DNA of 64,000 nucleotides from Escherichia coli. GTDB taxonomy: Bacteria; Pseudomonadota; Gammaproteobacteria; Enterobacterales; Enterobacteriaceae. Location of the stretch: NCBI RefSeq assembly GCF_044647545.1, contig NZ_CP172818.1. The stretch is one strand, 5' to 3'. This document shows positions 12,178 through 26,399 of the stretch, piece by piece. The position numbers were made by a program, and so were the translations under genes. Position 1 is the first letter of the stretch. Each line of letters begins with the position of its first letter. A model generated the notes under the pieces. The model was given only the letters and a program-made list of their open reading frames with translations. It did not search any database and had not been told where the DNA came from.

Positions 12178-13386
12178 TCAGGCGTCGCGTTCAAGCAAAC
12201 GACGCGCGGTGCGTTTCTGGCTAAACTGCCAACCCACCGCAAGGAAAGTGAAGATGCCAATAATGCCCAGCATCATCCACGGAAGCTCTGGCTGGTGCGC
12301 CGATTTGCCCAGGTCAAACAGCCAGCCGCCACCGATATAACCAATAGCGCCGCCAATCGCCAGACCCAGACGGCTAAACCCCATATAGCTGCCGCGAGCT
12401 CTTGCGTCTGCCAGCGAAGCACTTAAGGTTTCACGCGCAGGCTCGGCAATGATCGACCCGATATAAAACAGACAAATCAGGGTGAAAAGTTGTTGCAGGC
12501 CACTGACCATGCCCACCGGCATCATGCTTAATGACATTATCAACAGCCCAGCCATCAACCGGTGTTCCAGACGAAAATGCTTTTCACTCCAGCGGGCGAT
12601 AGGGTAGAGCAACGTTAACGACAGACACGCTTCAATGGCATACATCCATTTAACGGCAGAGGGCGCGCCCGCCACGTCGTTGACCATAATTGGCAGCATC
12701 AGCATCACTTGTACAGCCAGCATGTAGTAACCCGCCAGCGTCAGGACATAGGTGACAAAACGCTTGTCGCGCATCACGCGGGTCATGCCTTCGCGAACGG
12801 GCGTGCGTACGGTGGAGAGTTTCCATGCCGGTAACAACCACGCATTGAACGCTGCACACAGCACAAACAAAACTGCCCCTGTGGCGCAGACCAGGCGAAA
12901 GTCGTATTGCAACAGCCAGCTCCCCAACAATGCGCCAATGACCGCACCGGCACTGTCCTGCATCATCAACAGCGAGAAAAAACGACCACGCTGCTGTGGA
13001 CGGATTAATTTCACCACCAGCGCCGAACGCGGAGGATCAAACAACGTGCCGCCGAGTCCCGAAAGCAGGCATGAAAACCACAGTAGCCACGGTTCGTGGG
13101 CGATACCCATTGTGGCGAATCCGGCGGCACGCATCAGCATACCGGTGACAATCATCGGTTTGGCGCCAAAGCGGTCAGCAATTGCGCCGCCGAAAATACC
13201 CAGACCTTGCTGAATAAACTGGCGTAGGCCGAGGGCAATACCGACCATGACGGCGGCCCAGCCCATTTGATCAACGAAGCGGATAGAGATCAGCGGGAAG
13301 ACAACAAAGAACCCCAGCACGACCAGCATATTATCGATGAGCAGGAAATATTTACCCAGGTTCCTCGCCTGCGACACGCGGGACAT
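12178..13386 (-). CDS. mdtH: MFS multidrug transporter MdtH (YceL)
   Basis: Track ORF trimmed by 10 codons to ATG 13386 ([14 protein letters not shown]); 402 aa, 12-TM MFS. Confidence 0.93.
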   Translation of the reverse strand: MSRVSQARNLGKYFLLIDNMLVVLGFFVVFPLISIRFVDQMGWAAVMVGIALGLRQFIQQGLGIFGGAIADRFGAKPMIVTGMLMRAAGFATMGIAHEPWLLWFSCLLSGLGGTLFDPPRSALVVKLIRPQQRGRFFSLLMMQDSAGAVIGALLGSWLLQYDFRLVCATGAVLFVLCAAFNAWLLPAWKLSTVRTPVREGMTRVMRDKRFVTYVLTLAGYYMLAVQVMLMLPIMVNDVAGAPSAVKWMYAIEACLSLTLLYPIARWSEKHFRLEHRLMAGLLIMSLSMMPVGMVSGLQQLFTLICLFYIGSIIAEPARETLSASLADARARGSYMGFSRLGLAIGGAIGYIGGGWLFDLGKSAHQPELPWMMLGIIGIFTFLAVGWQFSQKRTARRLLERDA

Positions 13387-13621
13387 TTCCCCTCCCGGGA
13401 AATAAAAGATGAGCACTTTCTATTCTGCATTGCCGCTAAGACTTTTCCCATCACTTCGGGGACAATATTTTTTTATCAAAACGTCGCTTTGATAGAGAGT
13501 TTTTATCAAATATGTGAATAATGCAGAAAATGGCATTCTGGACTTTTCACAGGGTCTGGTTGCGCAGGTATAGTAATACTTACAGCGTATTAAAGACGTT
13601 ACGGGAAGGAGTAGGTATAGA

Positions 13622-14864
<1,243 letters not shown>

Positions 14865-14865
14865 A

Positions 14866-15789
14866 GTGAAAAAATTACGTATCGGCGTAGTGGGGTTAGG
14901 CGGCATCGCGCAAAAAGCGTGGTTACCGGTGCTGGCGGCAGCGTCTGACTGGACGTTACAAGGTGCGTGGTCGCCTACGCGCGCCAAAGCCCTGCCAATT
15001 TGTGACAGCTGGCGCATTCCTTATGCTGATTCGTTATCCAGCCTTGCCGCCAGTTGCGATGCGGTTTTTGTGCATTCCAGCACCGCCAGCCACTTTGACG
15101 TGGTCAGTACGTTACTCAATGCGGGGGTACATGTCTGTGTCGATAAACCGCTGGCAGAAAATCTGCGCGATGCTGAACGGCTGGTGGAACTGGCGGCGCG
15201 GAAAAAATTGACGTTGATGGTCGGTTTTAACCGTCGTTTCGCACCACTCTACGGTGAGTTAAAAACGCAACTCGCCACCGCAGCCTCGCTAAGAATGGAT
15301 AAACATCGTAGCAATAGCGTCGGGCCACACGATCTTTATTTCACGTTGCTGGATGATTATCTGCATGTGGTGGATACCGCGCTGTGGTTGTCGGGCGGTA
15401 AAGCCTCTCTGGATGGCGGTACGCTACTGACTAATGACGCTGGCGAAATGCTGTTTGCCGAGCACCATTTTTCGGCCGGTCCTTTGCAGATCACCACCTG
15501 TATGCATCGCCGTGCCGGAAGTCAGCGTGAAACCGTGCAGGCCGTGACTGACGGTGCGCTCATCGACATTACGGATATGCGCGAATGGCGTGAGGAGCGC
15601 GGGCAGGGCGTAGTGCATAAACCGATTCCTGGTTGGCAGAGTACGCTTGAGCAACGTGGATTTGTCGGCTGTGCGCGGCACTTCATTGAATGCGTGCAAA
15701 ATCAGACAGTTCCGCAAACCGCCGGCGAACAGGCAGTGCTGGCGCAACGTATCGTTGACAAGATCTGGCGCGATGCGATGAGTGAATAA
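14866..15789 (+). CDS. yceM: Gfo/Idh/MocA-family oxidoreductase YceM (MviM)
   Basis: Track ORF 14833.. over-extended into yceH; GTG at 14866, 5 nt after GGAGA, gives 307 aa VKKLRIGVVGLGGIAQ (Rossmann motif). Confidence 0.88.
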   Translation: MKKLRIGVVGLGGIAQKAWLPVLAAASDWTLQGAWSPTRAKALPICDSWRIPYADSLSSLAASCDAVFVHSSTASHFDVVSTLLNAGVHVCVDKPLAENLRDAERLVELAARKKLTLMVGFNRRFAPLYGELKTQLATAASLRMDKHRSNSVGPHDLYFTLLDDYLHVVDTALWLSGGKASLDGGTLLTNDAGEMLFAEHHFSAGPLQITTCMHRRAGSQRETVQAVTDGALIDITDMREWREERGQGVVHKPIPGWQSTLEQRGFVGCARHFIECVQNQTVPQTAGEQAVLAQRIVDKIWRDAMSE

Positions 15790-15811
15790 ACCCTGTAACA
15801 TCTGGCGGTAG

Positions 15812-17434
<1,623 letters not shown>

Positions 17435-17473
17435 CAATGCATTCCGGCCTGCAGTGCAGGCCGGAGATAATCT

Positions 17474-17890
17474 TCAGATCGAAATCTTTTTACTGCCGCG
17501 ATGGGTTGTTGAGGTCTGACCGTTCGCTCCATATAGCGTCGGTTCCTGATGCGGTTTCAACATTTCCAGCGCCTGTTGATTGCGCTCAATCTGTCCTTCC
17601 AGTAACCAGCCGTTATGTTGATTCATTTGGCGTAGTTGCTGCGTTTTCACAGTAATTTCCTGCCAGCGTTGACTAATATCAACGCTATTTGCTGAATTGG
17701 GTTCTTTCCTGCGTAACTGTTCGAGGTAATCCAGCGTCGCCAGCAGTGAGCTTTTTTGTTCTGTAATCCATTGCAACTGGCTGCCGTTGATCTGCCCCAT
17801 AGAGAGATGTTGCTGTTCTTGATCCATTACCGTTTTGAGATCGTTAAGCACAGCGGACATCTGGTCGAGGATCTCTGCAAGACGCGTCAT
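17474..17890 (-). CDS. flgN: Flagellar export chaperone FlgN
   Basis: 138-aa ORF, 4 nt downstream of flgM; recognised as FlgN. Confidence 0.95.
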   Translation of the reverse strand: MTRLAEILDQMSAVLNDLKTVMDQEQQHLSMGQINGSQLQWITEQKSSLLATLDYLEQLRRKEPNSANSVDISQRWQEITVKTQQLRQMNQHNGWLLEGQIERNQQALEMLKPHQEPTLYGANGQTSTTHRGSKKISI

Positions 17891-17894
17891 ACGA

Positions 17895-18188
17895 TCAGTT
17901 ACTCTGCAAGTCTTGCTGCGCTTCGTTGATCAGCGCATCGGCAATTTTGCCGGTGTCCATTTTTAGTTCACCGTTACGAATCGCCAGTTTTAACGCTTCG
18001 ACACGTTCAAGATTGATATCACTGCTGCCGGGTTGCATCAGTTTTGCTTGCGCGTCGCTTAACGTCACACTAGTGCTGGTGGAGGCGGTTGTTTTTGCCG
18101 CCCGGGTGTTCGTTACCGGCGCGTCAGTGGTTTCGCGCGGTTGAACGGTGCTTACGGGCTTCAGAGGCGAAGTGCGATCAATACTCAT
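17895..18188 (-). CDS. flgM: Anti-sigma-28 factor FlgM
   Basis: 97-aa ORF recognised as FlgM. Confidence 0.95.
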   Translation of the reverse strand: MSIDRTSPLKPVSTVQPRETTDAPVTNTRAAKTTASTSTSVTLSDAQAKLMQPGSSDINLERVEALKLAIRNGELKMDTGKIADALINEAQQDLQSN

Positions 18189-18231
18189 GGTTTATTCCTC
18201 ATTGAGGGCGCTTTTATCATGTGTTGCTTAT

Positions 18232-18258
18232 TTATCGGCAAGGGATGGGTAATCTTTA
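18232..18258 (-). promoter_or_regulatory. Sigma-28 (FliA) class 3 promoter for flgMN, inside the flgA coding region
   Basis: Minus strand reads TAAAGATT-N11-GCCGATAA, close to the sigma-28 consensus TAAAGTTT-N11-GCCGATAA, about 45 nt upstream of flgM. Confidence 0.8.
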
Positions 18259-18263
18259 ACAGC

Positions 18264-18923
18264 TTACAGGTTTATAAGAATATTCCCATCTGCATCAACA
18301 ACGCCGCTGACCACCTGTCCCGATACCATGCGCACCCGCGCATTCTGTGCGACGGCAGCATTGTTCAGCGCCTGACCTTCTGCGTTGGCGCTAAACCCAT
18401 CACCGCTGGCGATCACGTTGACGCGTTGTCCCGCTTTTACCCGCCATGCCTGGCGAAACTGGGTTAACTGGATAGGTTGATCGGGTGATAGATCGCGCAG
18501 GCTAACGGCATCAACAAGTTGATTGATATCCAGTACCGTACGCGGTGGCAAGGTGTCCAGCCGTCCGCGTTTCAGTTTGACATTGCCAGCTTCCAGCTTT
18601 CCTCCCCGCACAATGGGCATTGCGGCAACCACATAATTTCCTGTGGCCTGCACATTAACCTGTAAATATCGTTTGTCGTTACCGCAGCGTGCCAACACAT
18701 TCACATTGCCCCACAGGCGGGAATTATTGCTCATCGAAAGCAATGGCTGCTCGCACGGCGGCAGTAGACTGGGCGCTGTACGAATAGAAACACGAACCTC
18801 ATCACTTACCCCCGCGAGCTGGGCGCTAAAAAAGGTGTGCAATTGCGATGTGAGATTGCTCGCCGTACTTAACGGACTGAACAGTATCGCGATGATCGTC
18901 ACGCTACGTTTTATTGTCAGCAT
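18264..18923 (-). CDS. flgA: Flagellar P-ring assembly chaperone FlgA
   Basis: 219-aa ORF with signal peptide; recognised as FlgA. Confidence 0.95.
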   Translation of the reverse strand: MLTIKRSVTIIAILFSPLSTASNLTSQLHTFFSAQLAGVSDEVRVSIRTAPSLLPPCEQPLLSMSNNSRLWGNVNVLARCGNDKRYLQVNVQATGNYVVAAMPIVRGGKLEAGNVKLKRGRLDTLPPRTVLDINQLVDAVSLRDLSPDQPIQLTQFRQAWRVKAGQRVNVIASGDGFSANAEGQALNNAAVAQNARVRMVSGQVVSGVVDADGNILINL

Positions 18924-19077
18924 TTTCGCCCCCAGCCATTTCTACAACGTGAATTGTACCTGTCCGCAATGACCATCAACGGCATAAATAGCGACCCATT
19001 TTGCGTTTATTCCGCCGATAACGCGCGCGTAAAGGCATTTAAGCTGATGGCAGAATTTTGATACCTGCGGAGGAGAT
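18924..19077. promoter_or_regulatory. Divergent flgA / flgB class 2 flagellar promoter region (FlhDC-dependent)
   Basis: 154-bp divergent intergenic region between flgA and flgB; assignment from established flagellar regulon architecture, FlhDC boxes not individually resolved. Confidence 0.6.
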
Positions 19078-19494
19078 ATGCTCGATAAGCTCGACGCCGC
19101 CTTACGTTTTCAACAAGAGGCGCTCAATCTGCGCGCCCAGCGTCAGGAAGTGCTGGCAGCAAACATCGCCAATGCCGATACCCCTGGTTATCAGGCTCGC
19201 GATATCGATTTTGCCAGTGAACTTAAAAAAGTCATGCAACGTGGACGGGATGCAACCAGTGTGGTTGCTCTGACGATGACCTCAACGCAACACATTCCGG
19301 CGCAGGCGCTGACGCCTCCTACCGCAGAACTGCAATACCGTATTCCGGACCAGCCTTCGCTTGACGGTAATACCGTCGATATGGATCGCGAACGCACCCA
19401 GTTTGCCGATAACAGCCTGCAATACCAGATGAGCCTTAGCGCGTTGAGCGGGCAAATCAAAGGCATGATGAACGTTTTACAGAGCGGAAATTAA
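19078..19494 (+). CDS. flgB: Flagellar basal-body rod protein FlgB
   Basis: 138 aa; ATG 19078 after GGAGGAG RBS. Confidence 0.96.
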
Positions 19495-19497
19495 CGG

Positions 19498-19902
19498 ATG
19501 GCACTGCTGAATATTTTTGATATCGCCGGTTCGGCGTTAACTGCCCAGTCCCAGCGCCTGAACGTGGCGGCCAGTAATCTGGCGAATGCTGATAGCTTGA
19601 CCGGTCCCGATGGACAGCCATATCGGGCAAAACAGGTGGTATTTCAGGTTAACGCTGCGCCAGGTGCTGCGACAGGCGGCGTAAAGGTGGCCGATGTTAT
19701 AGAAAGTCAGGCCCCGGACAAACTGGTTTATGAACCGGGTAATCCGCTGGCGGATGCAAAGGGCTACGTGAAAATGCCAAACGTTGATGTCGTCGGAGAG
19801 ATGGTTAACACCATGTCGGCGTCACGCAGCTATCAGGCCAATGTTGAAGTGCTCAACACGGTGAAAAGCATGATGCTGAAAACCCTTACGCTCGGTCAAT
19901 AA
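19498..19902 (+). CDS. flgC: Flagellar basal-body rod protein FlgC
   Basis: 134 aa, 3 nt after flgB. Confidence 0.96.
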   Translation: MALLNIFDIAGSALTAQSQRLNVAASNLANADSLTGPDGQPYRAKQVVFQVNAAPGAATGGVKVADVIESQAPDKLVYEPGNPLADAKGYVKMPNVDVVGEMVNTMSASRSYQANVEVLNTVKSMMLKTLTLGQ

Positions 19903-19913
19903 AGGAGAAAGCT

Positions 19914-20609
19914 ATGTCCATTGCGGTAACCACCACCGATCCGACAAATACCGGCGTAAGCACCACCAGTAGTAGTTCGCTCACGGGCAGCAACGCCGCA
20001 GATTTACAAAGCAGTTTTCTGACTTTGTTGGTGGCGCAGCTGAAAAACCAGGACCCGACCAATCCAATGGAAAACAACGAGCTGACGTCGCAATTGGCTC
20101 AAATCAGCACGGTAAGCGGGATTGAAAAACTCAATACCATGCTCGGATCTATTTCCGGACAGATTGATAACAGCCAGTCGTTACAGGCCAGTAACCTGAT
20201 CGGTCACGGCGTGATGATCCCCGGTACCACAGTTCTTGCGGGAACCGGCAGTGATGAAGGGGCTGTGACCACGACCACGCCGTTTGGTGTTGAGCTGCAA
20301 CAGGCGGCAGACAAAGTGACGGCCACCATCACCGATAAAAACGGTGCAGTTGTCCGTACCATTGATATCGGTGAACTGACTGCCGGAGTCCACAGTTTCA
20401 CCTGGGACGGTACGTTGACTGACGGCAGCACTGCGCCGAACGGTTCTTACAATGTAGCGATTAGCGCCAGTAGCGGTGGTACACAACTGGTTGCCCAGCC
20501 GCTGCAGTTTGCTCTGGTGCAGGGTGTGATCCGCGGCAACAACGGTAATACGCTGGATCTCGGCACTTACGGCACCACCACCCTCGACGAAGTACGGCAG
20601 ATAATTTAA
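19914..20609 (+). CDS. flgD: Flagellar hook capping/assembly protein FlgD
   Basis: 231 aa, Ser/Thr-rich N-terminus. Confidence 0.95.
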   Translation: MSIAVTTTDPTNTGVSTTSSSSLTGSNAADLQSSFLTLLVAQLKNQDPTNPMENNELTSQLAQISTVSGIEKLNTMLGSISGQIDNSQSLQASNLIGHGVMIPGTTVLAGTGSDEGAVTTTTPFGVELQQAADKVTATITDKNGAVVRTIDIGELTAGVHSFTWDGTLTDGSTAPNGSYNVAISASSGGTQLVAQPLQFALVQGVIRGNNGNTLDLGTYGTTTLDEVRQII

Positions 20610-20633
20610 GCCTTCACATTTCAGGAGTCAGTC

Positions 20634-21839
20634 ATGGCCTTTTCTCAAGCGGTTAGCGGATTAAACGCTGCCGCCACCAACCTCGATGTTATTGGCAACA
20701 ATATCGCCAACTCCGCCACCTACGGCTTTAAATCAGGCACGGCCTCTTTTGCCGATATGTTTGCCGGTTCGAAAGTGGGACTGGGGGTAAAAGTTGCCGG
20801 TATCACTCAGGACTTTACCGATGGCACGACCACCAACACCGGGCGAGGTCTGGACGTTGCTATCAGCCAGAACGGTTTTTTCCGTCTGGTAGACAGCAAC
20901 GGTTCGGTGTTCTACAGCCGTAACGGACAATTTAAGCTGGATGAAAACCGTAACCTGGTGAATATGCAAGGTTTACAGCTGACGGGTTACCCGGCAACCG
21001 GTACGCCGCCGACTATTCAGCAAGGGGCGAATCCGACCAATATTTCGATTCCGAATACCCTGATGGCAGCGAAAACTACTACCACGGCGTCGATGCAGAT
21101 CAACCTGAATTCCAGTGATCCGCTTCCCTCTGTTAAAGCATTCGATGCCAGCAATGCGGATAGCTATAACAAAAAAGGTTCGGTGACTGTTTTCGATAGT
21201 CAGGGTAATGCTCATGATATGAGCGTTTATTTTGTGAAGACCGGGGATAACAACTGGGATGTTTACACCCTGGATAGCAGTGATCCAACAGGCACAGCTA
21301 ACCCTGCAACGACGCTGGTGTTTAATGCCAATGGCGTTCTGACCTCAGGTCCAACAAAGGATATTACCACCGGCGCAATTAACGGCGCAGATCCCGCCAC
21401 GTTTAGCCTGAGCTTCCTCAATTCTATGCAGCAAAATACCGGCGCTAACAACATCGTGGCAACCACCCAGAATGGCTACAAACCGGGTGATCTGGTGAGT
21501 TATCAAATCAATGATGACGGTACGGTTGTCGGCAACTATTCCAACGAACAAACCCAACTGCTGGGGCAGATTGTACTGGCGAACTTTGCCAACAACGAAG
21601 GTCTGGCATCTGAAGGTGACAACGTCTGGTCTGCGACGCAATCTTCTGGCGTGGCGCTGTTGGGGACTGCCGGGACGGGCAACTTTGGTACGCTGACCAA
21701 CGGTGCGCTGGAAGCGTCCAACGTCGATCTCAGTAAAGAACTGGTCAATATGATCGTTGCCCAGCGTAACTATCAGTCTAACGCCCAGACCATCAAAACC
21801 CAGGACCAGATCCTCAACACGCTGGTTAACTTACGCTAA
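20634..21839 (+). CDS. flgE: Flagellar hook protein FlgE
   Basis: 401 aa; conserved axial-protein N-terminal (SGLNAA..IANS.T.G) and C-terminal (AQRNYQSNAQTIKTQDQIL) motifs. Confidence 0.95.
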   Translation: MAFSQAVSGLNAAATNLDVIGNNIANSATYGFKSGTASFADMFAGSKVGLGVKVAGITQDFTDGTTTNTGRGLDVAISQNGFFRLVDSNGSVFYSRNGQFKLDENRNLVNMQGLQLTGYPATGTPPTIQQGANPTNISIPNTLMAAKTTTTASMQINLNSSDPLPSVKAFDASNADSYNKKGSVTVFDSQGNAHDMSVYFVKTGDNNWDVYTLDSSDPTGTANPATTLVFNANGVLTSGPTKDITTGAINGADPATFSLSFLNSMQQNTGANNIVATTQNGYKPGDLVSYQINDDGTVVGNYSNEQTQLLGQIVLANFANNEGLASEGDNVWSATQSSGVALLGTAGTGNFGTLTNGALEASNVDLSKELVNMIVAQRNYQSNAQTIKTQDQILNTLVNLR

Positions 21840-21858
21840 TCGCTGACGGGATAGCTCA

Positions 21859-22614
21859 ATGGATCACGCAATTTATACCGCGATGGGAGCAGCCAGCCAG
21901 ACGCTGAATCAACAGGCGGTAACCGCCAGTAATCTGGCCAATGCCTCTACGCCCGGTTTTCGCGCGCAGTTAAACGCCTTGCGCGCAGTGCCGGTGGAAG
22001 GGCTTTCACTGCCCACGCGCACGCTGGTAACGGCGTCAACGCCGGGTGCAGACATGACGCCCGGCAAGATGGATTACACCTCGCGCCCGCTGGACGTTGC
22101 GTTGCAGCAGGATGGCTGGCTGGCCGTGCAGACCGATGACGGTAGCGAAGGGTATACGCGTAATGGCAGCATTCAGGTTGATCCCACCGGGCAACTGACA
22201 ATTCAGGGGCATCCGGTGATAGGCGAGGCGGGGCCAATTGCTGTGCCGGAAGGGGCGGAAATCACTATTGCTGCCGATGGAACAATCTCGGCGCTGAATC
22301 CGGGCGATCCGGCAAATACGGTTGCGCCAGTGGGGCGTCTGAAACTGGTGAAAGCCACGGGCAGCGAAGTGCAGCGCGGTGACGACGGCATTTTTCGTTT
22401 AAGCGCGGAAAGCCAGGCCACGCGTGGGCCGGTACTGCAGGCAGATCCAACCTTGCGTGTGATGTCGGGAGTTCTGGAAGGCAGTAACGTCAATGCCGTT
22501 GCGGCAATGAGCGACATGATTGCCAGCGCGCGGCGTTTTGAAATGCAGATGAAGGTGATCAGCAGCGTCGATGATAACGCAGGCCGTGCCAACCAACTGC
22601 TGTCAATGAGTTAA
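21859..22614 (+). CDS. flgF: Flagellar proximal rod protein FlgF
   Basis: 251 aa. Confidence 0.95.
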   Translation: MDHAIYTAMGAASQTLNQQAVTASNLANASTPGFRAQLNALRAVPVEGLSLPTRTLVTASTPGADMTPGKMDYTSRPLDVALQQDGWLAVQTDDGSEGYTRNGSIQVDPTGQLTIQGHPVIGEAGPIAVPEGAEITIAADGTISALNPGDPANTVAPVGRLKLVKATGSEVQRGDDGIFRLSAESQATRGPVLQADPTLRVMSGVLEGSNVNAVAAMSDMIASARRFEMQMKVISSVDDNAGRANQLLSMS

Positions 22615-22732
22615 TTAAACGATTGATGACATTGCAATAAAAGCGCGCGGACTATTCTCTCGCCCATTTTGGGAGAGGTTAGGGTGAGGGGAAATTCGCA
22701 CCGTCGCGTGCTTCTGCTCTGCTTGTCACTAA

Positions 22733-23533
<801 letters not shown>

Positions 23534-23585
23534 GGCATAACCGGTGGCAGATTCACCGGTTTACTGATTTTTGAAGATGATAGCC

Positions 23586-24284
23586 ATGCAAAAAAATGCT
23601 GCGCATACTTATGCCATTTCCAGCTTGTTGGTGCTTTCACTAACCGGCTGCGCCTGGATACCCTCCACGCCGCTGGTACAGGGGGCGACCAGTGCACAAC
23701 CGGTTCCCGGTCCGACGCCCGTCGCCAACGGTTCTATTTTCCAGTCTGCTCAGCCGATTAACTATGGCTATCAACCGCTGTTTGAAGATCGTCGACCACG
23801 CAATATTGGCGATACGCTGACCATCGTGTTGCAGGAGAACGTCAGCGCCAGCAAAAGCTCCTCTGCGAATGCCAGCCGTGACGGTAAATCTAATTTTGGC
23901 TTTGATACTGTGCCGCGCTATTTGCAGGGGCTGTTTGGTAACGCTCGTGCCGATGTCGAAGCCTCCGGTGGTAACACGTTCAACGGAAAAGGCGGGGCCA
24001 ATGCCAGCAATACCTTTAGCGGCACGTTGACGGTGACGGTTGACCAGGTACTGGTCAACGGCAACCTGCATGTGGTGGGTGAAAAACAGATCGCCATTAA
24101 TCAGGGTACCGAATTTATTCGCTTCTCTGGTGTAGTTAATCCACGCACTATCAGCGGCAGCAATACCGTACCGTCTACTCAGGTGGCGGATGCGCGCATT
24201 GAATACGTAGGCAATGGCTACATTAACGAAGCGCAAAATATGGGCTGGTTGCAACGTTTCTTCCTTAATCTGTCGCCAATGTAA
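23586..24284 (+). CDS. flgH: Flagellar L-ring lipoprotein FlgH
   Basis: Track ORF 23571.. trimmed to ATG 23586 ([22 protein letters not shown], lipobox); 232 aa. Confidence 0.93.
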   Translation: MQKNAAHTYAISSLLVLSLTGCAWIPSTPLVQGATSAQPVPGPTPVANGSIFQSAQPINYGYQPLFEDRRPRNIGDTLTIVLQENVSASKSSSANASRDGKSNFGFDTVPRYLQGLFGNARADVEASGGNTFNGKGGANASNTFSGTLTVTVDQVLVNGNLHVVGEKQIAINQGTEFIRFSGVVNPRTISGSNTVPSTQVADARIEYVGNGYINEAQNMGWLQRFFLNLSPM

Positions 24285-24295
24285 GTGAGGCTGTG

Positions 24296-25393
24296 GTGAT
24301 TAAATTTCTCTCTGCATTAATTCTTCTACTGGTTACGACGGCGGTTCAGGCTGAGCGTATTCGCGATCTCACCAGTGTTCAGGGGGTAAGGCAAAACTCA
24401 CTGATTGGCTATGGCCTGGTGGTGGGGCTTGATGGTACAGGTGACCAGACAACTCAGACGCCGTTTACCACACAAACGCTTAATAACATGCTCTCACAGC
24501 TGGGAATTACCGTTCCGACGGGCACCAATATGCAGCTAAAAAACGTCGCTGCGGTAATGGTGACGGCGTCACTTCCACCGTTTGGACGCCAGGGGCAAAC
24601 CATTGACGTGGTGGTTTCTTCCATGGGAAATGCCAAAAGTCTGCGTGGCGGTACGTTATTGATGACACCGCTTAAGGGCGTTGACAGTCAGGTGTATGCG
24701 CTGGCACAGGGCAATATTCTGGTTGGCGGCGCAGGGGCCTCCGCTGGCGGTAGCAGTGTTCAGGTGAACCAACTGAACGGTGGACGGATCACCAATGGTG
24801 CGGTTATTGAACGTGAATTGCCCAGCCAGTTTGGCGTCGGGAATGCCCTTAATTTGCAACTTAACGACGAAGATTTCAGTATGGCGCAGCAAATCGCTGA
24901 CACCATCAACCGCGTGCGTGGATATGGCAGCGCCACCGCGTTAGATGCGCGGACTATTCAGGTGCGCGTACCGAGTGGCAACAGTTCCCAGGTCCGTTTC
25001 CTTGCCGATATCCAGAATATGCAGGTTAATGTTACCCCGCAGGACGCTAAAGTAGTGATTAACTCGCGCACTGGTTCGGTGGTGATGAATCGCGAAGTGA
25101 CCCTCGACAGCTGCGCGGTAGCGCAGGGGAATCTCTCAGTAACAGTTAATCGTCAGGCCAATGTCAGCCAGCCAGATACACCGTTTGGTGGCGGGCAGAC
25201 CGTGGTAACGCCACAAACGCAGATCGATTTACGCCAGAGCGGCGGTTCGCTGCAAAGCGTACGTTCCAGCGCCAGCCTCAATAACGTGGTGCGTGCGCTC
25301 AATGCGCTGGGCGCTACGCCGATGGATCTGATGTCCATACTGCAATCAATGCAAAGTGCGGGATGTCTGCGGGCAAAACTGGAAATCATCTGA
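24296..25393 (+). CDS. flgI: Flagellar P-ring protein FlgI
   Basis: GTG start at 24296 ([19 protein letters not shown] signal peptide); 365 aa; stop overlaps flgJ start (ATGA). Confidence 0.92.
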   Translation: MIKFLSALILLLVTTAVQAERIRDLTSVQGVRQNSLIGYGLVVGLDGTGDQTTQTPFTTQTLNNMLSQLGITVPTGTNMQLKNVAAVMVTASLPPFGRQGQTIDVVVSSMGNAKSLRGGTLLMTPLKGVDSQVYALAQGNILVGGAGASAGGSSVQVNQLNGGRITNGAVIERELPSQFGVGNALNLQLNDEDFSMAQQIADTINRVRGYGSATALDARTIQVRVPSGNSSQVRFLADIQNMQVNVTPQDAKVVINSRTGSVVMNREVTLDSCAVAQGNLSVTVNRQANVSQPDTPFGGGQTVVTPQTQIDLRQSGGSLQSVRSSASLNNVVRALNALGATPMDLMSILQSMQSAGCLRAKLEII

Positions 25394-26334
25394 TGATCAG
25401 CGACAGCAAACTACTGGCAAGTGCGGCCTGGGATGCACAATCGCTCAACGAACTTAAGGCGAAAGCGGGCGAAGATCCGGCGGCAAATATCCGTCCGGTG
25501 GCCCGCCAGGTGGAAGGGATGTTCGTGCAGATGATGTTGAAAAGCATGCGCGACGCTTTACCAAAAGATGGCCTGTTCAGCAGCGAGCACACTCGCCTGT
25601 ATACCAGTATGTATGACCAGCAGATTGCCCAACAGATGACGGCGGGCAAAGGTCTGGGGCTGGCAGAGATGATGGTTAAACAGATGACGCCAGAACAACC
25701 ATTGCCAGAGGAGTCCACGCCAGCAGCACCGATGAAATTCCCGCTCGAAACCGTGGTGCGTTATCAAAATCAGACGCTTTCGCAGCTGGTGCAAAAGGCC
25801 GTACCACGTAACTACGATGATTCGCTGCCGGGTGACAGTAAAGCATTCCTCGCGCAACTCTCGTTGCCCGCCCAACTGGCAAGCCAGCAAAGCGGTGTGC
25901 CACATCATTTGATCCTCGCTCAGGCGGCGCTGGAATCTGGCTGGGGACAACGGCAAATCCGCCGTGAAAACGGCGAGCCGAGCTATAACCTGTTTGGCGT
26001 CAAAGCCTCTGGCAACTGGAAAGGGCCAGTCACTGAAATCACCACGACTGAATATGAAAATGGCGAAGCGAAGAAAGTAAAAGCGAAGTTTCGGGTCTAC
26101 AGCTCGTATCTGGAAGCATTGTCGGATTACGTTGGGCTGTTAACGCGTAACCCGCGCTACGCCGCCGTGACGACCGCCGCGAGTGCGGAGCAGGGGGCGC
26201 AGGCCCTACAGGACGCGGGCTATGCCACCGATCCTCACTATGCCCGCAAACTCACCAGCATGATTCAGCAGATGAAATCGATAAGCGACAAGGTGAGCAA
26301 AACCTACAGCATGAACATTGATAATCTGTTCTGA
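25393..26334 (+). CDS. flgJ: Flagellar rod assembly protein / peptidoglycan hydrolase FlgJ
   Basis: Track ORF 25363.. trimmed to ATG 25393 ([14 protein letters not shown]); 313 aa; C-terminal glucosaminidase domain. Confidence 0.94.
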   Translation: MISDSKLLASAAWDAQSLNELKAKAGEDPAANIRPVARQVEGMFVQMMLKSMRDALPKDGLFSSEHTRLYTSMYDQQIAQQMTAGKGLGLAEMMVKQMTPEQPLPEESTPAAPMKFPLETVVRYQNQTLSQLVQKAVPRNYDDSLPGDSKAFLAQLSLPAQLASQQSGVPHHLILAQAALESGWGQRQIRRENGEPSYNLFGVKASGNWKGPVTEITTTEYENGEAKKVKAKFRVYSSYLEALSDYVGLLTRNPRYAAVTTAASAEQGAQALQDAGYATDPHYARKLTSMIQQMKSISDKVSKTYSMNIDNLF

Positions 26335-26339
26335 ATAAC

Positions 26340-26366
26340 TCAAGTCCGGCGGGTCGCTGCCGATAA
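26340..26366 (+). promoter_or_regulatory. Sigma-28 class 3 promoter for flgKL
   Basis: TCAAGTCC-N11-GCCGATAA immediately after flgJ stop, about 34 nt upstream of flgK. Confidence 0.8.
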
Positions 26367-26399
26367 TACTCTGTAATTGAAGGCTTATAAGGAACCTCC

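Noticed and set aside
23640-24254. 204-aa minus-strand ORF
   Set aside because: Antisense to flgH; spurious.
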